Shown here in pieces: positions 1-24,073 of a stretch of DNA of 64,000 bases. Below the pieces are notes generated by a model. It searched no databases and was not told the DNA's origin. It worked only from the letters and a program-made list of their open reading frames with translations. The stretch lies in assembly GCF_009914755.1 (NCBI RefSeq), contig NC_060941.1; one strand, 5' to 3'. Every line of letters begins with the position of its first letter. Position 1 is the stretch's first letter. The stretch comes from the human T2T-CHM13v2.0 reference genome, Homo sapiens. Both the position numbers and the translations under genes were made by a program.

Positions 1-562
<562 letters not shown>

Positions 563-837
563 TCCTTTGTGTAGTTATGCACAACTTGATACACAGTTCA
601 TTTGTTTCAGTTTAATTTTTAGGGATTGTATTTCTATAATAACTTTTAATTTTTTGAAAATGTAGAGCATTTACATTATTATAAATTGAAAACTATGTAA
701 CGGGAGATATTCAGAGAATTTTGACTTTCATTCCTTCTCTCTCTAGGTAACCATGTCTTTCTTTTCTAAGTAGCCATTTTTATTGGTTTTTGGTTATTCT
801 TGAATGTTGCTTGTTTGTTTTGTTTTGTTTGTGTGTG

Positions 838-1945
<1,108 letters not shown>

Positions 1946-2526
1946 TAGGCATTTTCTTTGTTTCTGGGTCTTTTGCCATTTTAAATACTCCAATGAATAG
2001 CTAGCTCTATAGATAAGTAATTTAGTATTTTTTTTTTTAGTGTATTTTGGGCTAGATTTCTAGACACAGGATTGCTGTGTTAAGTAAATGCATGTGTAAT
2101 TTTCCCTTCGTGTATTGTGAGACTTGGATTTTTGCCAGTTGATAACTGAGAGTAGTTTCTTCATATAGTTTTATTTTACATTTCTCATAGTTTGAATTGG
2201 GCATATTTCCATATGCCTAAAGGCCATTTTCTTTTCTTTTATGACTGTTCACATATTTTCCCATATTTTATCAGGTTGTCAGGTTTTTTTCCTGAAACCC
2301 AAAATTATACATTAAAGATAGTTACTGCAATAGACTATCAACCAATTTTTAGGTGATTTGAAGAGTATCTTGTCAGTGGCAAAAACAAAGGCAGAGGGAG
2401 ACTTTTAATTTCTGAACTACCATGGAAAGACAGGCTTTCTGTTCATGGTAGTGGTAATTTTTATATGCTTTTAAGAACTATACTCTTAGTGATACTATTA
2501 AATTGTCCTCAGAAGTTAGCAATCAC

Positions 2527-2844
<318 letters not shown>

Positions 2845-3353
2845 TTACCTTTCAGTTAATTTGGGCATAGTATTCAGGCAGAAGACCATAGAGTTAAATA
2901 ATCCTGCTTAATTCTGTTTCTAATACTATTTGAGTACTTTTGAAAAGTAAGACTATAAGCTTCAGATTTTGAATACTATCTCAGCAAACTACCTCTGCAA
3001 TATCTGGCGCACTGTAAGTTTTGAGAGATAGTCATATCACTTGGTTATTCTCCAGCTCTGGGGTATCCAAAAAATTGTCTGCCTTGTACTGGAGACTAAG
3101 GTGATACGAGTCAGTGAGTTAGAGTTGGGTCCTCACCCCCCCAAAAAAAGTCAGTGAGTTAATAGCCTGGAAGACTTAAAAAAATAAGGTGTTGCCTACC
3201 ACTTTCTTTTATACATTGCATTACTGATACATGAACAGATTTTCTTTTAAAAATACAGCTTCTTAATGAAATCCTAAAACAATTGTCTTTTCTGACAATT
3301 CGTCATTTTTCATGTGATTTCCAATTTAAAAATCAGATATTCTATTTTTCTAG

Positions 3354-3542
3354 AAGAACCTAACAAGACATGTGAGAGCAGTAACACTAGTGCTACCACT
3401 ACCTCCATCCAGCCTAATCTGGAAAACAGTAACAGCAGCAGTGAACTAAATTCTTCCCAGAGTGAATCTGCTAAGGCAGCTGATGATCCTGAAAATGGAG
3501 AAAGAGAATCTCATACACCTGTCTCTATTCAGGAAGAGATAG
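3354..3542 (+). CDS. BPTF: BPTF coding exon, 189 nt, phase 1-1 (EEPNKTCESS...VSIQEEI); symmetric, likely cassette
   Basis: Acceptor tttttctag| at 3353 and donor ATAG|gtaaga at 3543. The peptide matches BPTF as I recall it, and the frame joins the 9070 exon. Confidence 0.93.
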
Positions 3543-3769
3543 GTAAGAATATACTTCATCCATTCCATTAAAGGGAAGTTTTTTCTTTTTTTTCTTTTTT
3601 TTGTGTGTGTGTGTGTGGTTTTTTGCTTTTGTTTTTGTTTTTTAGTTTTTAATTTTTTAAATGAAAGTTTGGTGGGGGGTGGAATTTAGATGTTCTTTTC
3701 CTTTATTTTTCATTTTTTTTTTAAACACAGCACTTGCACTCAATGTTTTTGTTTTCAAAATCTACAAAA

Positions 3770-4830
3770 GCACACAGAGCAGGGAAGAAAGATCCTTTTC
3801 ATACTCCCCTCCCCAAAGGTAACCACCATGCATCAACAGTTTGGTGTGTAACATTTTAGATCTTTCTGCAGTTACATTTATGTATGTATGTTTACAAAGG
3901 TTTTGGAGAGCTTTGGGCGATTTTTTAGTTTTGGGGTTTTTTGAAATATAAACAGGATCATTCTGCATGTATTGTTCTGCATCCTGCTTTTTTTACTCAG
4001 TGATACATGGAGAGAATCTTTTTGTGTTATGAATTGAATTCATTTTTTTTTAAAGCTGCTGCATGGTACTCCAGAGTATGGATGAACCATAATTCATCTA
4101 CTATTTCTCTATTAATGGACATTTATGTTGTTAACAGTTTTTCATTATTACAAATAGTGGTGCTTTTGAACATCCTTAACGTATATCTTTGTGTACTTGT
4201 GCAGGTATTTCTGGCAGTATAGAAACAGTAAGTGGACTTGCTGGTCAAATGGTAGCTACATTTAAAAAACAGTGATGGCTACTGCTTAATTGTATATCAA
4301 AAGAGATTTATACCAGTAACTTTCATACATTTCTGTTTCCTTATTCTCTCACTTAAATTCAACAACATCATTCCTCTTAACATTTTTGCCAATGGTGAAA
4401 AGTATTTCGTATACAAATTTACATATTCTTACTCATGTGGTTAAGTTTCTTACATGTATTTGTTGAACTTCCTGTGAATTGCTTATTCATATCTTTTTCT
4501 CACTTTTTCCTAATGAGTTTTGTTATTTTTCTTTAATGAATTTTAGGAATGCTTTATGTATTGTTGCTATTAATCTTCAATTTTACGTATATTTGCATAG
4601 TAATTGCCTACTTTTAGCTCTTCGTTGTCATACAGACATTTTTACATTTTTATTTACTTAAATTTATCAATCTTTTTCTTTAGAGTTTCTCTGGATTTTG
4701 TGTTTTATTGAGGAGGGTTATCCCCATCCCAAGAATATATATATGTTTTATAGTAATTCTTTATAATACTTCTATAACTTTGTTTTCAACCTATCTGAAG
4801 TAATAATTTTCATTTGATATGAGTTGGAAA
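3770..4830 (-). mobile_element. Old L1 (L1ME/L1MC-like) 3' fragment, antisense
   Basis: Typical phrases: gctgcatggtactccagagtatggatgaaccataatt, gatggacatttatgttg, ctggtcaaatggta. Confidence 0.7.
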
Positions 4831-4844
4831 TCTGTTTTAATTAG

Positions 4845-5290
4845 GACTTTTTCAATTGCAAGTGACCAAACCAACTTAAACTAGCTTAAGTGAAGAGGGA
4901 ATTTAATTAGCTCATGTAGTTGGGAAGTCCGAGCCATCATCAGGTATAACTGGACCCTCAGGTATCAAACTCTTTGTTTTCCTCTCTCTCTCACCTTTTA
5001 GGTCTACATATATTTATGTGTGTTAACCTCATTCTCTCCCAGTACAGACAGGCTATTCCCATGTGGCAGGGAAGATGGCACCAGCAATTTGTATTTATAT
5101 GTTTCCAAGGTCTGTGACCCAAAGGCAAGGCCCCTACTTCTGCTCCAAATCAGAAGCCCTTGAGGAAGGAATTTGAGTGGCTTATCTTGGATCATATTGT
5201 TTCTAACCCTATGGCCAGGGCAGGCAAGGTACTACGATTGATGCCTCCAGCAAAAGTTGGGTAGGAATGGTTTTCTAAGGAAACAGGGAC
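4845..5290. mobile_element. Old MLT1-type (ERVL-MaLR) LTR remnant
   Basis: Start ttaggactttttcaattgcaagtgaccaaaccaacttaaactagcttaag...ctcatgtagttgggaagtcc resembles ancient MLT1 LTRs. Confidence 0.6.
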
Positions 5291-5531
5291 GCTGCAAATA
5301 TTATAGCATAGTAAATATCTACACTTCCATCCTTTGGTAGCTCAGCACGTGTGTGTACTCACATTTGTTCTCATACATACAATTCAAAAATGGTTCTGCC
5401 TAATATAATGCAAAGATTTCACCCACAACTTAAAACTTTTTCAAAAACCTCTTTCCCACAGTTACATCCTGTAATTGTATCTAGACCTAAATCTAGTATT
5501 TCTCTGTGTGTATATTAATTTCAGTAGATCT

Positions 5532-5877
<346 letters not shown>

Positions 5878-6678
5878 TCACAATCCATGAGCCACATTAT
5901 GAATTTAACTGCCTATGACACTCATAAACATAGTAGAGGGTGTTCTTTAATAAAACTGGATGCCATTGTTTTTCTGGGAGAATGGCTGTGTTTGAGAGGT
6001 GAGAAACATATAAGAAGATTCCCCTTCTGGAGGCCATTCTGTTTTACCTGCCTAGTTCCTGCTGTCTGTTACTGGGGTTGGGTTGCTGGGGACTTCTATA
6101 GGATTAAACAATCATATAACCCTATTTGGCAGGTTTGGGGTTTTTTCTGACAGTAGCACTCACTTGTAGATTCCTAGGTTCCCAGCTAGTACTTAATGCC
6201 CAGTAACTTGCTTTAGGATCCATGAAGGTGAACACCCTCCACTTCCTCAGTTTATCTGTTTAGTAGGCCAATAGTCCTAGTCCTCAGGTGAAGAGTTTGT
6301 GTAGGCTTCTGCCTGCTGGTATCATTAAACAGTGAGCTGCAGAGGCTGATGTAGATCTGTAGCCTGCTGCCAGGCTGCATCACAAGGATCCACTGCTTTA
6401 TAATAGGAGGAATATGGCCTTTGGGCAGAGGGTGTTCAGTAAAGACCTCTACCCTCAGTTTAGTTCTTTTTCTCCATTCCTTTAAGTCTTACCCCTGTGG
6501 TAATTTTCTCCTCCTTTCCCTTATTTGCACTAAATTTAGCAAGTGATAAAGGATTGACTCTGAGCAGTATTGGATTGTTGGCTCTGAATTAGGAAGCTTT
6601 TTAAAAGCACTGTGTCATTCTCTTTCTCTTTTCGGGAAATCTGACCCAGACCAAATGATGTCTAAAAAGTATCTATTA

Positions 6679-7153
<475 letters not shown>

Positions 7154-7179
7154 TCAGTACCCTCTCTCCATTTTGACTT

Positions 7180-7346
7180 ATTATTTAAGGAGGGCAAAGA
7201 GGTGTGTTCTTTCTGTTTAAAACAAAAATCTGTGGAATGTGAGATAATTTTAATTACCATACCTTAAAAATCGGGGCTGGAAATTTGTAGAAATTTCTAG
7301 ACCTACTTTTGAATTGTATTTTCTTTATTTCCAAAACTGTAGTAGT
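7180..7346 (+). repeat. 167-bp dispersed direct duplicate of 9239-9405 (BPTF exon 3' end, donor site and intron start)
   Basis: Ungapped alignment at offset 2059 with 8 mismatches, all after the first 80 bp. Confidence 0.97.
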
Positions 7347-7399
7347 GTGATATTTTGGAGTCAAAATCTTAAAATATTCTACCAGATTATTTAGAATTT

Positions 7400-7920
7400 A
7401 CTGGTTTTGATAGAAATACATCAAACTTGCTTAAAAAGGGAATTTTATTGACATACACTATTGAGAAGTCCAGTGTTGGTGACAGCCTCAGGTGCATTGT
7501 TGGATCTAGGGAGCCAAATGAGGTTATCGAGGCTACTTCTGATTTTGCCGTTTCATATTTTTCTGTTTATTTCTTCTTTGTGATGGGCTTATTGTTTGCT
7601 GTTATCAACGGTTTTCTCCATGTTGTGGGAATAAAAGTGGCCAACTTCTGATTTACACCCTTCCTGCTCATTAGTACAAAAAGCAAAGACCCCTTCTCCA
7701 TCTCTGGATTTTAAAAACTGGAAAAGGATGCTGAGAGGATTGAGCCAAAGAGCCAGTCCTGGGACAGTCACTGTGGCCAGCTAGTGGTGTGCTTTGTCTG
7801 GCCACGCTGGGTCCTGCTGCTCGCTCCAAAGGGGCAACATACTTGATTTGCAGCCCTGGCAGAATCATATGATTAAAGTGTGGGAGGGCGGTGGTGAGGG
7901 AAGTATCTCCCCAAAGGAAA
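7400..7920. mobile_element. Old MLT1-type LTR remnant
   Basis: aaacttgcttaaaaagggaattttattgac...gagaagtccag...cctcaggtgc...ggatctaggg; similar to the 4845 element. Confidence 0.5.
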
Positions 7921-8208
7921 GAAGGGGTATGGAACAGGTAAAATTAACAGATGTTTACAAAATTGTCTTAATTATTTTCCCCAAAATGCATAGCCAGTTT
8001 TCCCAATCCTAGTTTTTCTCTATTTACTTAAAATGCCATCTTTATTATATATCATATAGTAAATTATCTGTCTTTTCATTTGCCAGTGCCACAGTGTCTT
8101 CATTTTTTTAAAGCTTTAAATTAAAAAGGAAAAATCAGAGCTTATTCAACTATCTGGTCAATGGAAATTTAACAGTGATGCAGTAGTTTTAGAATGTATA
8201 CAAATTTT

Positions 8209-8426
8209 TCCAGCCTGGGCAATATGGCGAAACCCCATCTCTGCAGAAAATACAAAAAATTAGTCAGGTGTGCTGGTGCATGCCTGTGGTTCCAGCTACT
8301 TGGAAGGCTGAGATGGGAGAATCACCTGAGCCTGGGGGTTGAGGCTGAGGTGAACTGAGATTGTGCCACTGCACTCCAGCCTGAGCAACAGAATGAGACC
8401 CTGTCTCAAAAAAAAGAAAAAAAAAA
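8209..8426 (+). mobile_element. 5'-truncated Alu
   Basis: Begins ccagcctgggcaatatgg; right arm and A tail present. Confidence 0.9.
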
Positions 8427-9069
8427 TTCAGCCAAAGTGAGATTGATCAGTATGTAAAGCAGAAATTTGCTCCTGTGGAGTTTAGTGTGTCCTTAAAAAT
8501 TTACTAGGAAAATGTTGAGAGGTCTTTATTAGGTTATAAAAAACTAATTTAGTTGATTGTTTTATATTGATAAGCCTACACAGATAATTATCTAAATTCC
8601 CTAGTGGAAAATTCATGACATTTATGTTTATAAGCTCAAAACTATTTGGTATTTAAACAGAATTTCAGTGGAAATCTTTCAAAAACTTAAACCTTTTTAT
8701 ACAGAAATCCATATTGAATATATAAGGCAACACTTTGTTAGTTTGCTTTTTGAGTTATTATTATGTTTGTTACTTGTAAGTTTGTAGCAGCTCTTCCTGT
8801 TTTCAAACAGATGAGTTTTTAAACAGATAACCCAGCATGTTTCAATTTTTTGTGGAATAATAGATGACTCACAGTAAAGTTACAACATATTTTCTTTTAA
8901 GTAAAAAACTTAAGGAATAATGATACTTGCTTTGCCATTCAAGGGCCTTTTTTTATCTGTTTACTTTGTGGATCTTACACATACACCAGATACGAGTTTT
9001 GGTGAAATAAGGTGGTTATAATTATTTACTTATTGTCAGCAATTGCTTTGTGGCCTATTCATTTGACAG

Positions 9070-9260
9070 TAGGTGATTTCAAATCGGAGAAGTCCAACGG
9101 GGAGCTAAGTGAATCTCCTGGAGCTGGAAAAGGAGCATCTGGCTCAACTCGAATCATCACCAGATTGCGGAATCCAGATAGCAAACTTAGTCAGCTGAAG
9201 AGCCAGCAGGTGGCAGCCGCTGCACATGAAGCAAATAAATTATTTAAGGAGGGCAAAGAG
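9070..9260 (+). CDS. BPTF: BPTF coding exon, 191 nt, phase 1-0 (VGDFKSEKSN...KLFKEGKE)
   Basis: Acceptor tttgacag| (tandem CAGTAG) and donor GAG|gtgtgt. It contains RIITRLRNPDSKLSQLKSQQ and the phase is consistent. Confidence 0.95.
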
Positions 9261-10595
9261 GTGTGTTCTTTCTGTTTAAAACAAAAATCTGTGGAATGTG
9301 AGATAATTTTAATTACCACACCTTAAAAATAGGGGCTGGAAATTTGTAGAAATTTGTAGACCTATTTTTGAATTATATTTTCTCTGTTTCCGAAACTGTA
9401 GTAGTTAACAAGACTGAAAGTATTAGGCTTTATAAGCATAGTTGCGTACCCAAATTTCAGTCAAGGCATAAAAATGCTATAAATGGCTGATACACTTTCT
9501 TACTACATGAACAGTTTTATTCTACATATAATTCTAAAGAATTAAAGCCTTCTTTACACATATGAGTAGGCTATTTTGGGTTTTATGGTTTATTAAAGAA
9601 CTGTAGATGATTCACTGCTCAGTTCTAGCTATGATCACTTCAGGTGAACCTGCAGCTAATTAGAGGATGAGGCTTACCCACTGATAGCAGAGTACTGTGG
9701 ATAGGACAGCATGGCATCCCAGCTCTGATCATGAACAATGGGATCAGAGCTAGGACTCGGTATCTCTGTGCTTCAGCTAGCCGTGGTGACAGGACATGGT
9801 CCCAACTTTGTCTCCCATATTCGAGAATTATTTGCAGGGTAGATATGCAAGAATAAAGGACATTCTTAACATTGCAGCAATTGCTTAAAAGCAATGGCTT
9901 TCATACTTCTTTTTGACTCTGACCCTCAGTCACATACACATTTTTTCATAGCAGCCCAGTACACATATTCAAAAGCTTTCTGAAATACTATTTTACTTTA
10001 TGATGTGGGAAGCACTCTGATATTTTCTGTGCTAGCCTATTGCATTACATTTTATTTTTTAAAAAAGCTGAATAAGGCCACTGTTTATCTGATAGTCCAC
10101 TAAGAGTTGGGATCAACTGTTTGAAAATACTATTTTGAAGTATCCATGGGGTCTTACACTGTAGCTGGAATGATAAAAGGACCCGAAAGGATGTTTTTAG
10201 GAATATATTTTTTGGGGGATAGTACATGCGATGCCCTTCTTTTTCCCTTAAGTATATGTTATAAACTTGAAAAAAATGATAGGTGAGTAATTTATATGTA
10301 TGGTTTCATGGGTATATTTGAAGTATTAATACATGAAAGCAGTGAATAATAGTATCTGACATGTAATAGGTACTTAATATGTGTTAGTTTTCTTTCTGCA
10401 GGCATATCTTGGTTGTTTAATTGTAAACAATTAGCTTTACTTTTAACTTAGCTTTTAGACTTCAAAAGTTCTATCATAAGATTTATCTTAACTTACTTTG
10501 AATGATTAATTTTAATTATTGAAAGACAGTTGATTAGATGAAATTCACATCTTTGATTGACATAAATAATGCAGTCTTTTTATTTTTTTGGTCAG

Positions 10596-10951
10596 GTACT
10601 GGTAGTTAACTCTCAAGGAGAAATTTCACGGTTGAGCACCAAAAAGGAAGTGATCATGAAAGGAAATATCAACAATTATTTTAAATTGGGTCAAGAAGGG
10701 AAGTATCGCGTCTACCACAATCAATACTCCACCAATTCATTTGCTTTGAATAAGCACCAGCACAGAGAAGACCATGATAAGAGAAGGCATCTTGCACATA
10801 AGTTCTGTCTGACTCCAGCAGGAGAGTTCAAATGGAACGGTTCTGTCCATGGGTCCAAAGTTCTTACCATATCTACTCTGAGACTGACTATCACCCAATT
10901 AGAAAACAACATCCCTTCATCCTTTCTTCATCCCAACTGGGCATCACATAG
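10596..10951 (+). CDS. BPTF: BPTF coding exon, 356 nt, phase 0-2 (VLVVNSQGE...LHPNWASHR); start of the WHIM/WSD-type region
   Basis: Acceptor ttttttggtcag| and donor TAG|gtaaag. Conserved FKLGQEGKYRVYHNQY and LENNIPSSFLHPNW motifs. Confidence 0.96.
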
Positions 10952-11259
10952 GTAAAGGAAACTAAGGTTAATTTATTGCTGTAAATATACTAAATGTTTA
11001 TAAAATGATTGTTGTAGTTGTGCATTTGAAAACGTCATTACCAATGAGTTGAATGAAGTCAATGTGGTCAGCAGACAGGACATTAGAGGCATGAGTGTAC
11101 TTCTAACTTACTGAACCGACACCACTAACTATTTGGAGGATTTTTAGGAGTCATCGTCTTTATACCTGGAATCAGATGGAGGCCAAAGTTACAACTATTG
11201 TGCTTTTAATTTAAGGTCAACCTAGTGAAATAATTTCTCTCATTTCTTCTGAAATACAG

Positions 11260-11391
11260 GGCAAATTGGATCAAGGCAGTTCAGATGTGTAGCAAACCCA
11301 GAGAATTTGCATTGGCTTTAGCCATTTTGGAGTGTGCAGTTAAACCAGTTGTGATGCTACCAATATGGCGAGAATCTTTAGGACATACCAG
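11260..11391 (+). CDS. BPTF: BPTF coding exon, 132 nt, phase 2-2 (ANWIKAVQMCSKPREFALALAILECAVKPVVMLPIWRESLGHTR); WHIM3/WSD-like helix
   Basis: Acceptor gaaatacag| and donor CAG|gtaaat. Translated by hand (not in the ORF track) and continuous with both neighbours. Confidence 0.95.
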
Positions 11392-11555
11392 GTAAATGAA
11401 TTCTGAGCCTTGTAAATGATGAGTATTGGACTCCCTTTTGAAATACTAGCCTATTAATAATGAAAGTTAATATATTTAAGAGGCCATATTGAAGACTTTA
11501 CTTTTGGCCTCATTTTCTTCCTATATAAGTTGTAAACATGAATGAATATTATTAG

Positions 11556-13488
<1,933 letters not shown>

Positions 13489-13599
13489 AATATTGGGCAT
13501 GTTTAAATTGTGTTATTTCATGATGGACTGTTACATAGCAGTGAAAAACACACTGGAGCAACAAGTGTCGAGATTGAATCTCGTAAGTTTACAATAGAA

Positions 13600-13755
13600 G
13601 GAAAACATTTGGAGAGGGTGGGAGGGGCACAAGGGTTGTAAAAATTACCTGTTGGGTACAGTGTTTACTCTACGGGTAATGAGTAACTAGAAACCCGGTT
13701 CCCCCAGTGCACATAGACCCCTTGAATCTAAAATAAAAATTTTTAAAAAGAAAAA
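13600..13755 (+). mobile_element. L1PB/L1PA-type 3' end fragment
   Basis: gggtgggaggggcacaagggttgtaaaaattacctgttgggtacagtg...ccccttgaatctaaaataaaa. Confidence 0.7.
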
Positions 13756-13949
13756 ACAGTTCCATCACTAAAAATACATCAGGATAAATCTATATACTAC
13801 ATACATTTATGGAGATTTTAAAAGCATGTGTGATAACACAATGTTACAGTATTGTTTAGGGATATAGACGTTTGTAAAATTTTAAAGGCAAGGGCTATAT
13901 GCTTGAAAGGTAAGAAATACACTTCTAAATAAATAAATACTCAACTATA

Positions 13950-20780
<6,831 letters not shown>

Positions 20781-21017
20781 AAATCATAATTATTTCTTAT
20801 GGAAAGGATATAGTATTTCTTGTTTTTGCCTTTTTGTACTCTTTATCTTTTCTTGTTAAGGAATTGTACAACTACAACTAAGTTTTGTCAGTTGGGGTTG
20901 TCTGGTTTGTAGGATTATAACAGTCTGCTTTGTTTTCCTAATTTTTCAGTATTGCATTTTTATCTTTTCTGTTTATTTTTCCAAGTTAACATTGTCTTTC
21001 TATGCATGAATTCTTAG

Positions 21018-21147
21018 GTTACACCGGATGACATCAATTGAAAGAGAAGAAAAGGAGAAAGTCAAAAAAAAAGAGAAGAAACAGGAAGAAGAAGAAACGA
21101 TGCAGCAAGCGACATGGGTAAAATACACATTTCCAGTTAAGCATCAG
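21018..21147 (+). CDS. BPTF: BPTF coding exon, 130 nt, phase 2-0 (LHRMTSIEREEKEKVKKKEKKQEEEETMQQATWVKYTFPVKHQ)
   Basis: Acceptor ttcttag| and donor CAG|gtaatt. Open in the expected phase. Confidence 0.95.
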
Positions 21148-21237
21148 GTAATTTTTACAACAACCCTTTAAAATAGTGTTAGCCATTTCTGAGACTTTTA
21201 TTCTGAAACTTTGAATACTTACTAATTTTATTTTTGA

Positions 21238-21558
<321 letters not shown>

Positions 21559-21930
21559 TACTTTTGACATAGTCTTTTAATTAATATGTTAGGGATAAAG
21601 TACATCTTCCTGGCAAATTTACAAAGCATTGGTTTATCTTAGAATATTGGAGGCTTACAAGGCCAATTTGTTGAAATTGTTATAAAACTGTAAAATTGTG
21701 TTACATTTTACATGCTAAAAAGGAGTATTAGTTCATTAATCTTTGATTCCCAGTGAAAACTAAATTGATTAGTAAATTTTTTTTGTCCCCACTTGGAAAA
21801 ACCTGGGGATGATTAGTAAATTTCATTTGCCTGACTTTGAAACTTGTTTGGTAAAAATGCATAAAACCACATGTGGTTTATAAGCATTGTTATTCTTATT
21901 GTTTAATCAAAATGTTTTCATTTACACCAG

Positions 21931-22069
21931 GTTTGGAAACAAAAAGGTGAAGAGTACAGAGTGACAGGATATGGTGGTTGGAGCTGGATTAGTAAAACTC
22001 ATGTTTATAGGTTTGTTCCTAAATTGCCAGGCAATACTAATGTGAATTACAGAAAGTCGTTAGAAGGAA
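21931..22069 (+). CDS. BPTF: BPTF coding exon, 139 nt, phase 0-1 (VWKQKGEEYRVTGYGGWSWISKTH...RKSLEG)
   Basis: Acceptor tttacaccag| and donor GAA|gtaagt. Conserved HQVWKQKGEEYR motif across the junction. Confidence 0.95.
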
Positions 22070-22348
22070 GTAAGTAATTAAAATTACATGTCCTGCATAA
22101 TCGTTTCTGCTTTATATTTCTTATAAATTTGTAGTATTTTGACTATATTTTAGATAAAAACATTTTTCTGAAATTTTTATTCGTACTGCAGAATTACTAG
22201 TTTAGTTTACTAAAACCCTAAAACTTTAAAAATTACCTTTATTCACAGGAATTTGATGTCTCAGATTTCCGTAAGATTGTAGAATGGAACTTGTTTTTTA
22301 GAAGACGCCTCAGCCGCCTGATTATCATTTTTCAAAATCTTAAATTTA

Positions 22349-22950
<602 letters not shown>

Positions 22951-23076
22951 TCTTAATTCAGTACTAATTCACTGAGGAGTCATGTATCTAGTAACCTTAG
23001 CATTGTTGCAAGTAAGAGAAAACCAGAAAGAAAGTGATAGAGGCTTCCAAAACACTGTCACATAAATGAGGTTTTT

Positions 23077-23287
23077 CAGTGAGAACATTTGGACACAGGA
23101 TGGGGAACATCACACACCGGGGCCTGTCGTGGGGTTGGGGGAGGTTGGGGGATAGCATTAGGAGATATACCTAATGTAAATGTAGAGTTAATGGGTGCAG
23201 CACACCAACATGGCACATGTATACATATGTCACAAACCTGCACGTTGTGCGCACGTACCCTAGAACTAAAGTATAATTTAAAAAAAT
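23077..23287 (+). mobile_element. 5'-truncated L1PA (primate) 3'UTR with 12-bp TSD AATGAGGTTTTT
   Basis: Canonical L1PA 3' end (ggacacagg...ggggcctgtcgtgggg...gcacaccaacatggcacatgtatacatatg...ccctagaact). TSD at 23065-23076 and 23288-23299. Confidence 0.95.
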
Positions 23288-23319
23288 AATGAGGTTTTTT
23301 TTGGGGGGAGGGGTTGTTT

Positions 23320-23605
23320 TTGTTTTTTTGAAATGGAGTCTTGCTCTGTCACCAGGCTGGAGTGCAGTGGCGTATCTGGCCTCACTGCAACCTCCGCCTC
23401 CTGGGTTCAAGCAGTTCTCCTGCCTCAGCCTCCCGAGTAGCTGGGACTAAAAGTGCACACCACCATGCCCAGCTAATTTTTGTATTTTTTATAGAGACAG
23501 GGTTTCACTATGTTGGCCAGGGTGGTCTCAATCTCTTGACTTTGTGATCTGCCCGCCTCGGCCTCCCAAAGTGCTGGGATTACAGGTGTGACCACTGCGC
23601 CTGGC
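23320..23605 (-). mobile_element. Antisense Alu
   Basis: Reverse-complement Alu consensus. Confidence 0.92.
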
Positions 23606-23840
23606 CTATAAATAAGCTATTAATTGAGTTTTTACAACTGGCTAATGAGCTTTAGTATTTAGAATCACCGAACTCTATAGAGATGAACTGCTCTTTTAAA
23701 AGATCATGTGTTTTTAAACTCAAGTTCAATGAGCCGATTATTTCACGAGGGTGCCAGGTGACATAGTGAAGACCACATATGCACAGAGTGATAGAACGCT
23801 GGCAGGTCCCAAGCCCTTTTCTGTGATTCTTCTCTTACCT

Positions 23841-24073
23841 CACCACTATCCTGCTCTTGACAGGATTACGGTTTCTTTGCACTCTCTTCTCTTTCTTCAG
23901 CCAGACCTTTCTGGAAGAAATCATTCATTTAAATTAAAAATAGATATATTTTTTATATCTATTTTCTCACACCAGTATCTTGCTCGCGACAGAATTATGA
24001 TTTCTTTGCACTCTCTTCCCTTCAGCCAGACCTTTCTGGAAGAAATCATTCATTTAAATAAAAAATGGATATA
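23841..24073 (+). repeat. Tandem duplication of a ~105-bp unique block (23841-23948 and 23970-24073)
   Basis: Both copies share the identical core cttcagccagacctttctggaagaaatcattcatttaaat. Confidence 0.93.
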
